Below are positions 40,621-54,439 of a stretch of 64,000 nt of DNA, piece by piece. Source of the DNA: Heptranchias perlo (lineage: Eukaryota); NCBI RefSeq assembly GCF_035084215.1, contig NW_027139623.1, positions 2,232,001-2,296,000 of the forward strand, given 5' to 3'. Each line of letters begins with the position of its first letter. The first letter of the stretch is position 1. The notes beneath the pieces were generated by a model, which did no database searches, was not told the DNA's origin, and was given only the letters and a program-made list of their open reading frames with translations. The translations under genes and the position numbers were made by a program.

Positions 40621-41803
40621 AAGGAGCTGGCACAGGCACAATGGGCTGAATGGCCTCCTTCTGCGTTGCAAGGTTGTATAATTTTATGATTGTAATTGTG
40701 GTGGCATTCGAAAATTAATTATTCTGTTTGAAACGTATTACAAAGATTGCCTCAATGTATTTTCATTCAATGTGTTTAAACACATCCTTGGTTCTGATGC
40801 TCTGCTCTTACTGTCAGTGTTTAACTTCCTGTTTGTCTGAGGTGAAGCGCTTCTGAGCTGAAACCTCAGGTGTCCATTGTGAACATTTCCTGTCGCAATT
40901 AACTTCAGCCTGAAATACTTTTTGCTGCTTTACTTATTGGCATTCGATTTTCCTCCTCCTTCCATGCCGAGGACACCCGGATTGTGCAATTTGTGACAGT
41001 GAGTAAATTGTTTGTAAAAGTATCGGTTTCCAGTAAATTCATACAACTTTCGCATCTCATTATTTAGACTTAACTTCCTCCCTCAGTATGCTCGAGTTCA
41101 CCACATCACTGAGAAATAGACCTGCACAGTGGCTGGAGACTAACGCCCTTCAACAAACACAGTGCTGCAGCTGTCCGTTGTGCTCAGCATTAACCCCATA
41201 ATCTGCAATTTTTAAAATCTCAATTCCCACCGTTAATGCATCCATCGATTCCATATTGGAGCTCCGACGCTTTCATTGCAATTCTGTTTCGTGATGTGGA
41301 CGCATGTGAAGATCTGTAAAGATACACAGTGTCTGCACACACACTCCACATCAGTTGCTTTCCCTTGTCTTTTACTGACGGTTTCACTCAGCCACAAAAT
41401 GGGCCTTTCGTGTTTTTTGAACAAGTTTTCATGCGGTTTTGTGTCATTAGGCCCAAGGGCAGCTTTTAATACTTGCCGTGGGTAATTGGAATGTTTTACA
41501 AAGGGACGTCTCGATTGATTTTATTCAGTTATCGAGGGGAATCGAGAACAAGTAGGCATGGTATTAAAATTAGAGCTGGACCATTTGGAGTGAAAGCAGG
41601 AAGTACTTTTTCAAACAAAGGGTAGTGGAAATCTGGAAATGTCTCAAGTTCTGGAGTGGGAGTTTAACCGAAACGGACCAAAATGCCACCAATGCAATCA
41701 CACTGAGAAATATCCATAAAACAATTCACGAAAATCAGCTTGTTATGTTGATCGTCTAAAGGTGTTGGTGTTAATTTAACTAATTAATGTTTTCTCCTTT
41801 TAG

Positions 41804-41836
41804 TTGTCTTTGGGGCTCGGCGGAGCATTTCTCAAG
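41804..41836 (+). CDS. putative 33-bp signal-peptide mini-exon (S2) of the Ig receptor: xVFGARRSISQ
   Basis: Acceptor TTTTCTCCTTTTAG and donor AAG|GTTAGT; phase 1-1, joins in frame to 47018 (G+AA = Glu). Confidence 0.6.
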
Positions 41837-42174
41837 GTTAGTGTCGACGTTTTTCTCTAAAATAATGAAATTTAATAACTACTGTTCTAGACTGCTAAAT
41901 CATTCAGTTAGTTTTTATGTAAATGAATTTGATTACTGTAACCAATCGTGTTGTGTCATTGGTAGCAGTAATACAGGTCTGTATCTCAGCAGCTGTCATT
42001 GCGAAGGCACTATGGGATATGTCCATGTTATGGACAGCACATCTATACACTTACTCTGTCGTGGGTTACAGAACTGCAAACAACACTCCAGATGGAACAT
42101 AGGGACACAGGAACAGGTGTTGACCATTCGGCCCCTCGAGCTTATTCCACCATTCCTTTAGACCATGACTGATC

Positions 42175-42720
42175 TTGCTTAGACCACACTTGGAGTACTG
42201 TGAACTGATCTGATCTCCATATTATAAAAAGCACATTGGGGGACTGGAGAAAGTGTAAAAAGAATTACTAGGCTCATTCTAGAACTGAGAGGTTATACCT
42301 ATTAGGAAAGATTGAGCAGGCTGGGGCGCTTTTCTCCGGAAAAGAGAAGACTGATGGGTAACCTGATAGAGGTCTTAAGATTATGAAATGGTTTGTTAGG
42401 GAAGACGTAGTGATGATGTTTCCACTTGCGGGGAAGACCAGAACTAGAGGCCATAAATATTAGGTAGTCACTAATAAATAGGGAATTCAGGAGAACCCAG
42501 GGAGTGGTTAGACGGTGGAACTCGCTACCACATGTTGTCGTTGAGGCAACTGGCAGAGAGGCATTTAAGAGGAAGCTAGATAAACACATAAGGAAGAAAG
42601 GAATCGAAGGATGTGCAGATAGGGTTAGATTTGGAGGGAGGGACAAGGCTCGTGTGTACCATAAACACCAGCATGGAAATGTATGGCCGAAAGGCCTGTA
42701 TCTGCCCTGTACATTCTGTG
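42175..42720 (+). mobile_element. CR1 LINE 3' fragment
   Basis: RPHLEYCEL, FSPEKRRLMGNLIEV, VVRRWNSLP. Confidence 0.8.
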
Positions 42721-42949
42721 TAATTCTATGTAATTCTATGAACTGAATCTTAACTCCATTTACCCGGCTAGGTTCCATATCCCTCAATAACCTTGCCGAA
42801 CAAAAATCTATCAAAATATTCCAGGTTACTTGATTTATGGAAAAGTGAGGCAATATGGAAAAGTTTGTGGCGGGTGTGTGGGGACGTTGTTGGAGGTAGC
42901 CTTGATAATAAAAGATGAGATACAGAGAGAAACATCTTATCTCAAAAAA

Positions 42950-45518
42950 TCAGGAAGTAGAATCAGAATGGGTGGAGTTGAGAAATAACAACGAGCAGAA
43001 AACACTGGTGGGTGTAGTTTAGAGGCCCCCTAACGGTAGATACAGTGTTGGACAGAGTATAAATCTGGAAATTAGAGGAGCATGTAACAAGGTTAATGCA
43101 ATAATCGTGGGGGACTTTAATCTTCATATAAACTGAGCAAACCAAATTGGCAAAAGTAGTCTGGAGGAAGAGTTCATGGAATGCATTCGAGGCAGTTTTC
43201 TGGAAGAAGATGTCGAGGAACCAATTAGGGAACAGACTATTTTAGATCTGGTATTGTGTAATGAGACAGGGTTAATTAGTAATCTTAGAGTCAAGGATCC
43301 TCTGGGGTAGAGTGATCAAGATATGATAGAATTTCACATTGTGTTTGAGCGTTAAGTCCGAAACTAGGGACTTAAATTTAAACAAAGATAATTATGTAAG
43401 TATGAGGGGCGAGTTGCCGAAGGTAGATTGGGAAATTAGATTAAAATATATGGTGGTTGATAAGCAATGGCGAACATTTAAAGAAATCATTCATAATTAT
43501 CAACGAATATATATTCTCTTGAGGAATAAAAATCCATGGGAAAAGTGATCCATCCGTGGCTAACTAGAGAAGTTAAGGATAGTATTGGATTAAAAGAAAA
43601 GGCTTACAATTGTGCCAAAAGGAGTAGTAAGCCTGAGGATTGGGAGGGTTTTAGAAATCAGCAAAGGATGACCAAAAAGTTGATAAAGAAGGAGAAAATT
43701 GAGCTTGAGAGTAAATTAGCAAGAAATATAAAAACAGGTTATAAGAGCTTCTACAAGTATGTAAAAAGGAAGAGATTAGCGAAAGTAAACGTGGGTCCCT
43801 TAAAGGCAGAGACAGGAGAAATTATAATGGAGAATAAGGAAATAGCAGAGACGATAAACAAATACTTTATATCTGTCTTATAGTAGAAGACACAAAAAGC
43901 ATACCGGAAATAATGTGGAACCAAGGGTCTAATGAGAGTGAGGAACTTAAAGCAATTAAGATTAGTAAAGAAAAAGTCCTGGAGAAATTAATGGGGCTAA
44001 AGGCCAACAAATCCCCTGTACCTGATGGTCTTCATCGTAGGGTTCTAAAAGAGGTGGCTGTGGAGATAGTGGATGCATTGGTTTTGTTCTTCTAGAATTT
44101 CCTAGTTTCTAGAACAGCCCCTGTGGATTGGAAGGTAGCAAATGTAAACCCGCTATTCAAGAAAGGAGGGAGAGAGTTAGCCTGTAAAAGGGCACTTAGA
44201 AAAACATAATATGATTAGGTAGTGTCAACACGGTTTTATGAAAGGGAAATCGTATTCGACCAGTCAATTAGAGTTTATTGAGGATGTAACTTGCAGGGTC
44301 GATAATCGAGAACCAGTGGATGTAGTATATTTAGATTTTCAAAAGGCATCCAATAAGGTGCCACAAAAGAGGCTGTTACACAAGATTAGGGCTCATGGGA
44401 TTGGGGTAATGTATTAGCGTGGATTGAGCATTGGTTAACGGACAGAAAACAGAGAGTAAGTATAAACGGTTCATTTTTAGATTGGCAGGCTGGAACGAGT
44501 GGGGTGCTGCAAGGATCAGTGCTTGGGCATCAGCTATTTACAATCTATATTAAAGACTTAGATGAAGGGACCCAGTGTAATTTATCCAAGTTTGCTGACG
44601 ATACAAAGCGAGGTGGGGAAGTAAGTTGTGAAGAGGTCGTAAAAATGCTGCAAAGGGATATAAACAGGTTAAGTGAATGGACAAGAAGATGGCAGATGGA
44701 GTATAATGTGGGGAAATGTGAGGTTATTCCCTTTCGTAGGAAGAATAAAAAACAGAATATTTTTGAAAAGTGAGAGACTAAGAAATGTTGGTAGTCAGAG
44801 GTATTTGGGTGTCCTTGTACATGAATCATAGAAATTTAACATGGAGGTAAATCAAGCAATTAGGAAGGCAAATGGTATGACAGCCTTTATTGCAAGGGGG
44901 TTGGAGTATAAGAGTAAGGAGGCGTTGTTGCAATTTTACAGGGCTCTGGTAGACCACACCTGGAGTATTGTGTACAGTTTTGGTCTCCTTACCTAAGGAA
45001 GGATACACTTGCTTTAGACAAGGTTCAACAAAGGTTCACTAGATTAATTCTTTGGATAAGAGGATTGTCCTATGTGGAGAGATTGAATAGAATGGGCCTA
45101 AACTGTCTGGAGTTTAGAAGAATGAGAAGTGATATCATTGTAACGTATAAAATTCATAGTCGATTTGACCGGATAAATGCAGAAAGGCTGTTTCCCCTGA
45201 CTTGAGAGTCTAGAACTAGAGACCATAGTCCCAACATAAGGGGTCGGCCATTCAGGAACGAGATGAGAAGGAATTTCTTCACTCAGAGGGTCCTGAATGC
45301 TTGGAATTCTCTTCCCCAGAGTGCTTTGGATGCTCAATCGTTGAATAAATTCAAAGCTGAGATCGGCAGATTTTTGGACTCTTGGGGAATCACTGGATAT
45401 GGGGATCGGGCGGGAAAGTGGAGTTGAGGTAGAAGATCAGCCATGATCTTATTGAATGGCGGAGCAGGCTGGAGGGCCCATATGGCCTACTCCTGCTCCT
45501 ATTTCTTATGTTCTTATT
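42950..45518 (+). mobile_element. long decayed CR1 LINE ORF2 (endonuclease end, RT, 3' tail)
   Basis: IIVGDFN, ILDLVLCN, KSFYKYVKRKR, KSPVPDGLHRRVLKE, QGSVLG, KFADDTK; many stops and frameshifts. Confidence 0.93.
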
Positions 45519-46269
45519 GGGTTGCAACTTCAGATGCCCGAAAAAACGTGCACTAGCGCCATCTGTCGGCGAACAATGCCAACACAAAAGATGATCACTG
45601 TTATCAATCCCTTTTGGGCTTGGGCAGAATCGCATAAAATCGACACTGAAAAGTGAGAATCAATTAATATTTTGAACATGACAATTTAACATCGATGTTT
45701 TTCCTTCTTTATGGTAGTGTGGAGACAATGTTATATTTCCCTTTCGTTAGATATAGTTTGGAAAAGCTTAACTCCCAAACAGGCAGGCGGGGAAAATTAG
45801 CTGGAGTACCAGTCATCTCAGAAATGTGCATTTTCACACATCACATTACTTTCAAACAATGGGAGTTCGGCCGAAACTTTCCAAAGATATTTACAGCTCT
45901 GTAGGGGGGTTGATTACATAGAATTAGTTAGAATGTACAGCACAGAATCGGACCATTCGCTTCTGCTGGTCTATACAGGGTTTAGAATGACCGCTTCCCA
46001 CACTGCCCCCACAGCCCTCTGTTCCCTTCTCCCTCGTGTATGCATCTAGCCCCCCTAAGATGCACCAATGCCACCTGCTTCAACCACTCCACCTGCCAGC
46101 GACTTTCACATTCTCTGTATGAGAAGAAATTCCTCCCAATTTCTCAGTTAAAGGGACAACCGGCTTGGCGGAGATCCAAAATTAAGTTGGGCGTGGTTTC
46201 TCGACCAAGGGAGTTTGTGAGCTCGGCGAGCCAATCAGCGACAGAGATAGCTGAGGGAGAGGTTAAAGG

Positions 46270-46855
46270 TCCAGCTTCTCTCTCTCTTTCTCCCGCTCAC
46301 TTCCTCTTTCCATTTCTTTTTCATTTCAGTCACCTCTCCTATTTCACCACACTCTCTCTCTCTCATTGCCCATTGTCTATTCCCTGCCTCTCTTTTTCAT
46401 ACTCTCTCTTTCGTCCCACTGTCTTCTTGCACTTGTCACTCCCTCCCGCCCACTCTCTCATTTTTTCTTCCTATCCAGCCCCGCTGATACCACTCTTTCC
46501 ATTTCTCCTGCTTCTCTCACAGCATTCCTCTCTCTGTTTCTCTTCCACTCCTATTTTTCATTCCTCTCTGTCGCTCTGTGTTTCTCTCCTGCCCTCTCCC
46601 AAGCCTCTGGCGTGATCTCTTTTAACCCGTTGAATCTTCCTTCTACGCCCCGATCTCCATCTCTCTCAGTCGCTCCATCTCTCTCTGATTACCATTTCCT
46701 TGTCTCTCTCTGTGGTTCTCTCACTCCCCTCTGTCTGTCTGTCCGTCTCTCTCTCTTTGTCTCCCTCGCTGTTTCCCCTTCTCTTTCCCTCTCACTCTTT
46801 CTGCCTGTCTATTTTCCGTATCCTCTCTCTCTCTCGCTTTCTCTCTTCTATCTAT
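46270..46855. repeat. CT-rich low-complexity polypyrimidine tract
   Basis: About 580 bp almost entirely C/T. Confidence 0.85.
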
Positions 46856-47017
46856 AAAATAGCTCTGTAGTTTTATGCTCATAAGAAAACACAAACTGAT
46901 CTATGTTCTCCTGTTGGTTGGGAGAGCAGCGCCCAGTTTCCCATTCTCTGTACCGCTTAGCCGCCAACGTGCGTTGTTGGTAACTGCTCATTGACGGTCA
47001 ATGTCTTTTTTACATAG

Positions 47018-47302
47018 AACTTCTGGTGAAACCTGAAATTACCATGAATGAAGAGACTGGCGTGTACTTACCCGGAGAAACCATCACGATTAACTGCCTT
47101 GACGACAAAAAATACCGGAGTGGCAATTATGCCTTTTACAAAGATGGGAACGAACTGCAATTTTCCACCAGCAGCACAGTGTATCAAATTGCAACAACCA
47201 ACAGAAATGATCAAGGAGATTACCAGTGCCGGTATAGTTATCGGATTAACGGGGAATGGAAATGGTCCTCGTTCAGTGACTCGGCGCCAGTAATAGTAAC
47301 AG
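47018..47302 (+). CDS. Ig receptor exon, C2-type Ig domain D1
   Basis: TTTTTTACATAG acceptor, G|GTGAGT donor, 285 bp, phase 1-1; KPEIT...GETITINC...FYKDG...DQGDYQCRY. Confidence 0.9.
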
Positions 47303-48084
47303 GTGAGTGAGACAGGGCAGGGTTTTTGCAACTTTACAACGAGGCAAATGTTTCAGTTATGTGGCGATATTAGATAAGATATGATTGTACTCCTTAGAGC
47401 AGACATGAAAAAGGGGAGATTCAATAGAGATGTGCAAAATGATGATGGGTTTTGATAGAGTGGACAGGGAGAAACTGTTCCCACTGACAGAAGGTTCGGC
47501 AAACAAAGGTCACAGTTTAAGGTAATTGGCAAAAGAGCCAGGTAGGAGATGAGGAAATTATTTTTACGCAGCGAGTTGTCATCTGGAATGCACCGCCTGA
47601 AAGGATGGTGGAAGCAGGTTCAGTAATAACATTCAAAATAAATTGTATATATACTTTAAAAGGAAAAAAATGCAGAGGTAATTGGTAAAGAGCGGTGGGA
47701 GTTGATCTAATTGCGTATCTCTTTCAAAGAGTCTGCACTGGCACGATGGACCGAATGGCCTCCTTCTGTGCTATAAGATTCAATGATTCGTTGTGAACAG
47801 GTGAATAGACGCCGCACTTCACAGAAACTAAACAGAAAACAGAGCAGCTAATTTGGTGAAAATGCCCGGCCGCATATTGCACTGTCATTGGACAAGTTTC
47901 ATTCCAATAACATCGCCACAACTGAATATTAAAAGTTGGATAATTGTTTGCAGAGTTTTAATTGTTTTAAACACAAACGTCTAGGAATGAATCGTGACTC
48001 ACAGTTAACTGTAGCTGGAGAATACTGTAACCAAGAGCCAATGGGAAGACTTATAAAAATATTGGACAAGATTCGTTTCCTACG

Positions 48085-48630
48085 ATTACATAGAATTTAC
48101 AGCACAGAAACAGGCCATTCGACGCAACAGGTCCGTGCCGGCGTTTATGCTCCACAAGCGCCTCCTCCACCCTATTCCTTTCTCCCTCATGTATTAATCT
48201 AGCTTCCCCTTAAATGCATCAATACTATTCGCCTAAACTACTACTTGTGGTAATGAGTTCCACATTCTTAGCATTCTTTCGGCACAGAAGCTTCTCCAGA
48301 ATTCCCTATTGGATTTATTGGTGAATTTCTTATATTTATGGCCCCCGAGTATTGGTCTCGCCCACAAGTGGAAACATTTTCTCTCCGTCTACCGCATCAA
48401 ATCCCTTCATAATCTTAAAGATCTCAATCAGGTCACCCCTAAACCTTCTGTTTTCTCGAGAAAAGGGTCCCAGGCAGTTCAGTATCCCCTCAGTGTTCGA
48501 ATCGTCCAATAAATCGCTTTGCACCTGTCCAGTGTAATATGGATATCCTTTTTGTAATATGGAGATCAGAACTGTAGACAGCACTCAAAGTGTGGTCTAA
48601 CTAAAGTTCTATGCACGTTTAACATATTTC
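48085..48630 (-). mobile_element. CR1 LINE 3' fragment
   Basis: FSRENRRFRGDLIEIFKIMKGFDAVDGEKMFPLVGE. Confidence 0.8.
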
Positions 48631-49104
48631 TCTTCGCAGAGATTCTTAAACTAAAATGTGCAAGACAGCTGCAATTCTGCTTGTCTGATTCCAGTCGGTT
48701 GCTGGAGGAATACAAGGATGTCATACAGATTATGGAGAAATTACAACACGGAAACAGGCCGTTCGGCCCAACCACTTCGTGTTGGTGTTTATCCTCCACA
48801 CGAGCAATAGTCCTAATCCCATGTGCGTGCTCTGCACCCAATTCCCTTCAACCGTCGATCGAACCTATTCTTAAATGTTGACATGGTCTCTGCTTCATTC
48901 CACAGCCTCGCAACACTTGCTTTAAAATGTCCCTCCTGCTCCCTGCCCGAAATACCATTTTTAACTTATCAATCTCCACTCGTTCGGGCTCCCGGAAACC
49001 GCCTGTGTCTCTATACTCGGTTCCAACCCTTCTGAAATTTAAAAACGGCCACTAAATTACCCCCATTCTCCTTTGTTACAAGGAAAACAGCCACAGTTTT
49101 TGAA

Positions 49105-49460
49105 TAAAAGAAGGAAGTACCATTTAGTTGGCGCCTTTTATGACCTCTGGACGTCCAAAGCGCTTTACAGCCAATGAAGTACATTTGAAGTACAGTCACT
49201 GTTATAATGCAGGAACCGCGACGGTCAAATTGCACTCGGCAAGGCCCCACAAACAGTAATGTGATAATGATCAGATAATCTGTTTTAGTGGTGTTGATTG
49301 AGGGATAAATATTTGGCTCAGGACACCAGGGAAAACTCTCCTGCTCTCCTTCGAAATAGTGGCGTGGGATCTTTTACATTCACTTGAGACGGCAGCCGGG
49401 GCCTCGGTTTAACGTCTCATCTGAAAGACGGGACATGTGACGGTGCAGCAGGCTCTCAGC
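49105..49460 (-). mobile_element. DeuSINE-like SINE body and tail
   Basis: Reverse strand has GTCTTTCAGATGAGACGTTAAACCGAGGCCCC and TTGGCTGTAAAGCGCTTTGGACGTCC; same family as 52670-52790 and 63805-64000. Confidence 0.65.
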
Positions 49461-49914
49461 TCAATATTCACTCCCAGTGAGGTCATTGACTCTCATCCCC
49501 AAGAATGATAATGATGAAATCGAGCCCACCATCACTTACCTCCTTTATTTGAGATTCTAATCTCCACGGTTTAACAGAGAAGTTCACTCTTTTTAATCCG
49601 GTTTGCACCACAGGCTAAATGACCAGAAATTGGAATTTCAAATCCACGCATTTCCATGTGCCCCTCGTATCGCAGAGTGCAATTTCAGGGCTAAAATCTG
49701 ATTTTGGAAATAGAACCACAAACTTATTTCTTTTCTCTCGCAACTCAGTTTGATTCCACTAATGAATGGTTAATTCCCGTTTTGAGGAACTTCAGCCATC
49801 GATTCCAACTGTTCCCGAAAATACAGCGCAATCGTTATTGAGTTACCAAACTTCCACCGTACACATAATCCACAGATCCATTTCTAATTGTTCTTTCCAT
49901 TCATTTTGCCACAG

Positions 49915-50208
49915 ATCCGATAACAACGCCAAGGATATCCCCTGATAAACCGACTGGGGTGTATTTGAAAGGAGAGACGGTTACCATTACCTGCATCGTG
50001 ACCGGATACTATCGCGATAAAACCTTCCATTTTTACAGAGGTAGCTCACCGCTGTACTCTGATCAAGTCCTCGCAAAGGACAACATTGCAACATTCAAGG
50101 TCAGCAGAGCAGACCAAGGAGGGCGGTACCAATGTAAATATGGAACCACCGTCAATAGAAGGTATTTATGGTCCCAGATCAGCGAGGCTGTGACGGTCAC
50201 TATAGCAG
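49915..50208 (+). CDS. Ig receptor exon D2
   Basis: CACAG acceptor, G|GTGAGT donor, 294 bp; GETVTITC...FHFYR...DQGGRYQCKY. Confidence 0.92.
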
Positions 50209-50960
50209 GTGAGTGAAGGGGTGCAGAGATTAGGAAAATGTTTATTCAACACCATTAGGGGTAGATTTTAACTGTGCGCTCGGGTAGAATGGATGATAGT
50301 GAATCGGCAGGCTGTTTCACATATCTCCTGATTTTTATTTCCATTGACTTCAATGTAGATGATAATTGGGTGGTGTATAAAACGGGTGGAGTATAAAATG
50401 AGCTGCAGATGCTCGACCGCCCGTTCTTCAGTAAAAATGGAGTAGAAATCCGCCACGGGCAGTTGTGTAAGACGGGCGGCATCGGATCGGCCGCCTGATA
50501 TCAGCCCGATCCGATATTCAGATCCAGTGATGTCATTGATTCACATCCCCAAGAATGATAAATAAAAAATCGACCATCACTTCTCTCCTTTATTTGAGGT
50601 TCCAATCTCCACGGTTCAGCAGAGAAGTTCACTCTTTGATATCCGATTTGCACCATAGCCTAAATGACAAAGAATGGGAATTTCAAATCAGCGCATTGTC
50701 CATGTTCCCCTCGTATCGCAGGGTGCAACTTCAGGACTAAAACCTGATTTTGGAAATAGAACCACAAACTGATTTCTTTTCTCTCGCACCTCAGTTTGAT
50801 TCCACTAATGAATGGTCAATTCCCGTTTTGTCGAATCTCAGCCGGCGATACAAACATTTCCCCTCAACACCGCACAATCGGTATGGAGTTCCCAAACTTC
50901 CAGCGTACGCTTAGTCCACTGGTCTATTTCTAATTGTTCTTTACATTTATTTTACCACAG

Positions 50961-51254
50961 ATCCGCTAACAGTGCCAGCGATATCTCTTGATCAACCAAG
51001 TGGCGTGTATTTGAAAGGAGATACGGTGACCATTACCTGCACCGTGGCCGGAGACGATCGCGATAAAACCTTCCATTTTTACAGAGATCGCCAAACGCTG
51101 TACTCTCATCAAATCATCACAAAGGATAACATTGGAGCATTCACGGTCAGCAGAACAGACCAAGGAGGGAGCTACCACTGTCAATATGGAACCTCCGTCA
51201 ATAGAAGGCAGTTATGGTCCCAGCACAGCGAGGATGTGACGGTCACTATAGCAG
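50961..51254 (+). CDS. Ig receptor exon D3
   Basis: 294 bp, phase 1-1; GDTVTITC...DQGGSYHCQY. Confidence 0.92.
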
Positions 51255-52959
51255 GTGAGTGAAAGGGGCGGGAGGAGCAGAGATTGTTTAAATATCTATT
51301 CAACAGCATTAGGGGTAGATTATGACAATGCGTTATCGTAGAATGGACGATAGTGAATCGGCAGAGCGTTTCTCATCTTTTCCGGTTTTTCTTTACATTG
51401 ACTTCAATGGAAATGATAATTGGGTGGTGTTTAAAATCTGTGGAGTATGAAATGTGCTCGATCGCCCGTTTCAGGCCTGCGCCTCAGACGGATTTATATT
51501 CCACTGTCAGAAATTATGATATCAATCCCGACTAAATCTTCATCTCACAGCCCAAGGCGATAGTTCGAGAATAATTTTAACTGAACACGCCCGGCGGAAA
51601 AGAGGCGGGTTCGAGTCTGCCACTTGTTTAAACTCTTCCCGATTTTGCCCCAAGTGACTTTAATGGAGCGTAAAATCGGTCAGAGTTTTAAACGGGCGGT
51701 CGACAGAACTTATCCAACTCCCACAATGCCGGTTGTGTTAAAATTGTCCTTTTTAACTCCGTGCTGAGGAACTGGAGAATTCCAGAGGTGATGGCGTTCA
51801 TTTCAGCAGTTGGCCAGAGAATAAATATGAAGATGTGAACGCAAGACCTTCGATAAACAAAACAATGTAGGTTGTGTGATATTATTACATGACCTCTGTT
51901 CCTGATTTCCAATTTTACACCCTACAGGTCTCAATTAACAGAGCGAACAATTTAATATTATAATAAGAGCACAGCGCCGGGGTTCTAACTCCATTGAGTG
52001 TAGAGTCACCTCATGAGGCTCTGCCAGACTGGCTGCTCTTGTCACGTTGCAAATTTTCAGTCTGATACCCGCAACTGCGTGCAGAGATTTTAAAAATGAA
52101 CCTGTTTTGGGGGTTGCTTTAACTTAAATACGTTGTGGCTTTCCCTATATCGACAGCACCTCCCAAACCCGCGACCTCCACCATCTTAGAAGGACAAGGA
52201 CAGCAGGCACATGGGAACAACACCACCTGCACGTTCCCCTCCAAGTCACACGCCATCCTGATTTTTACAAGAACCACCGTTCCTTCATTGTCACTGGGTT
52301 AAAATCCTGGAACTCCCGACCTAACAGTACTGTTAGAGAACTTTCACCATACGGACTGCAGCGGTTCAAGAAGGCGGCTCACCACCACCTTCTCAAGGGC
52401 AACAAGGGATGGGAATAAATGCCGGCCTTGCCTGTGACGGCCACCTCTGTAATGATAAGAACGTATTTCGGCCACACCAAAAAAATCCTTAATCTGAAAT
52501 GCGAATCCCCGGTTTAACGGAGAAGTTCACTCTTTCTATCTGCGTTCTCACCTGGGCTAAATTAGCAGAAATAGGAATTTCAAATCAAGCATTTTCCTTG
52601 TTCCGCTCGTATCCCAAAGTACATTTTCTGGCCTAAACCCTGAGTTTGGAAAGAGAACCCCAGCTGTGGTGCTGCCAATTGATTTCCTACTTTACAACAG
52701 TGACTACACTTCAAATGTACTTCATTGGCTGTAAATCGCTTTGGGAAGTCCTGGGATGGTGAAAGGCGCGATATTGATGCAAGTCTTTCGGTGTTTCTTG
52801 TGAAACAAATCCAGAATCCCACGTTTGTAGAACCCCAGTCAGCGATGCAAACCCTTCCCGTCAACACAGCTCAATCGTTATTGAGTCTCCAACCTTCCAG
52901 TGTACAAGGGAACGCCAGAGATCCATTTCTAATTGTTCTTTCCATTTATTTTGTCATAG

Positions 52960-53253
52960 ATCCGCTAACAACGCCAGGGATATCTCTTAATCTTTGGAGT
53001 GGTGTGTATGTAGAAGGAGAGATGGTCACCATTACCTGCACCGTGAGCAGAAAAAATCGCGATCAAACATATCACTTTTACAGAGAGCAGGAACTGCTGA
53101 ACTCTGGTCAAATCACCACTGAGAACAACAGCGGAACATTCCCGGTTACCGGTACAAACCAAGAAGGGCGGTACTACTGCCAATATGGAATTTACGTCAA
53201 AACAAGACGGCTACTGTCCCAGCGCAGCAAGGCTGTGACGGTGACTATAGCGG
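52960..53253 (+). CDS. Ig receptor exon D4
   Basis: 294 bp, phase 1-1; GEMVTITC...NQEGRYYCQY. Confidence 0.92.
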
Positions 53254-53274
53254 GTGAGTGAAGGGGAATATACA

Positions 53275-53915
53275 TTGTTCATATATCAAAGTGAGGGTCT
53301 CTGCGCTCTGCTCCTGACAGGGTCTCTGTAACAGTGTTCAATACTCAATGTGAGGGTCTCTGCGCTCAAACCCTGACAGGGTCTCTGTAACAGTGATTAA
53401 TAGTCACAGAGAGGGATTCTGCGCTCAGCTCGTGACAAGTTCTCTCCGACAGTGTTTAATATTCACAGGGAAGGTGTCTGCACTCAGCTCCTGACAGGGT
53501 CTCTGTAACCGTGTTTAATATTCACAGAGAGGGTCTCTGCGCTCAGCTCCTGACAGGGTCCCTGTCACAGTGATTAATACTCAGAGTGAGGGCCTCTGCG
53601 CTCAACCCCTGACAGGGCCCCTGTCACATTGTTTAATGCTCAAAGTGAGGGCCTCTGCGCTCAACCCCTGACAGGGCCTCTGTCACATTGTTTAATGCTC
53701 AAAGTGAGGGTCTCTGCGCTCAACCCCTGACAGGGTCTCTGCAACAGCGAATAATAGTCAGAGAGGGAATCTGCGCTCAGCTCGTGAAATGTTCTCTCTA
53801 ACAGTGTTTAATATTCTGAGGGAGGAACTCTACGTTCAGCTCCAAACAGGGCCTCTGTAACATTGCTTAATATTCACAAAGTATCGGCGCTCTGCTCCTG
53901 ACAGGTCTCAGTAAA
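53275..53915. repeat. 59-bp intronic minisatellite (about 11 units)
   Basis: GAGGGTCTCTGCGCTC at 53293, 53352, ... Confidence 0.9.
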
Positions 53916-54439
53916 AATTGATTAGAAATCCGCCACGGGCAGTTGTGTAAGACGGGCGGGATCGGACCTGTCGTCTGATATCAGCCCGATCCGATATTCA
54001 GATCCAGTGATGTCATTGATTCACATCCCCAAGAATGATAAATAAAAAATCGACCATCACTTCCCTCCTTTATTTGAGGTTCCAATCTCCACGGTTCAGC
54101 AGAGAAGTTCACTCTTTGATATCCGGTTTGCACCATAGCCTAAATGACAAAGAATGGGAATTTCAAATCAGCGCATTGTCCATGTTCCCCTCGTATCGCA
54201 GGGTGTAATTTCAGGACTAAAACCTGATTTTGTAAATAGAACCACAAACTGATTTCTTTTCTCTCGCACCTCAGTTTGATTCCACTAATGAATGGTCAAT
54301 TCCCGTTTTGTCGAATCTCAGCCGCCGATACAAACATTTCCACTCAACACCGCACAATCGGTATGGAGTTCCCAAACTTCCACCGTAACTTAATCCACAG
54401 ATCCATTTCCAATTGTTCTTTCTATTTATTTTACCACAG

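Larger units (their letters stand above)
32760..41540. repeat. four diverged ~1-kb tandem units separated by LINE insertions
   Basis: Anchor GTGG(G/C)TGGAGACTAA at 33156, 34239, 37690 and 41129. Shared CAGAAAGATTG and CTGAG(C/T)TGAAACC blocks. Confidence 0.8.

Noticed and set aside
46040-46857. Leu/Ser/Phe-rich ORFs resembling membrane proteins
   Set aside because: Products of the CT-rich low-complexity tract.
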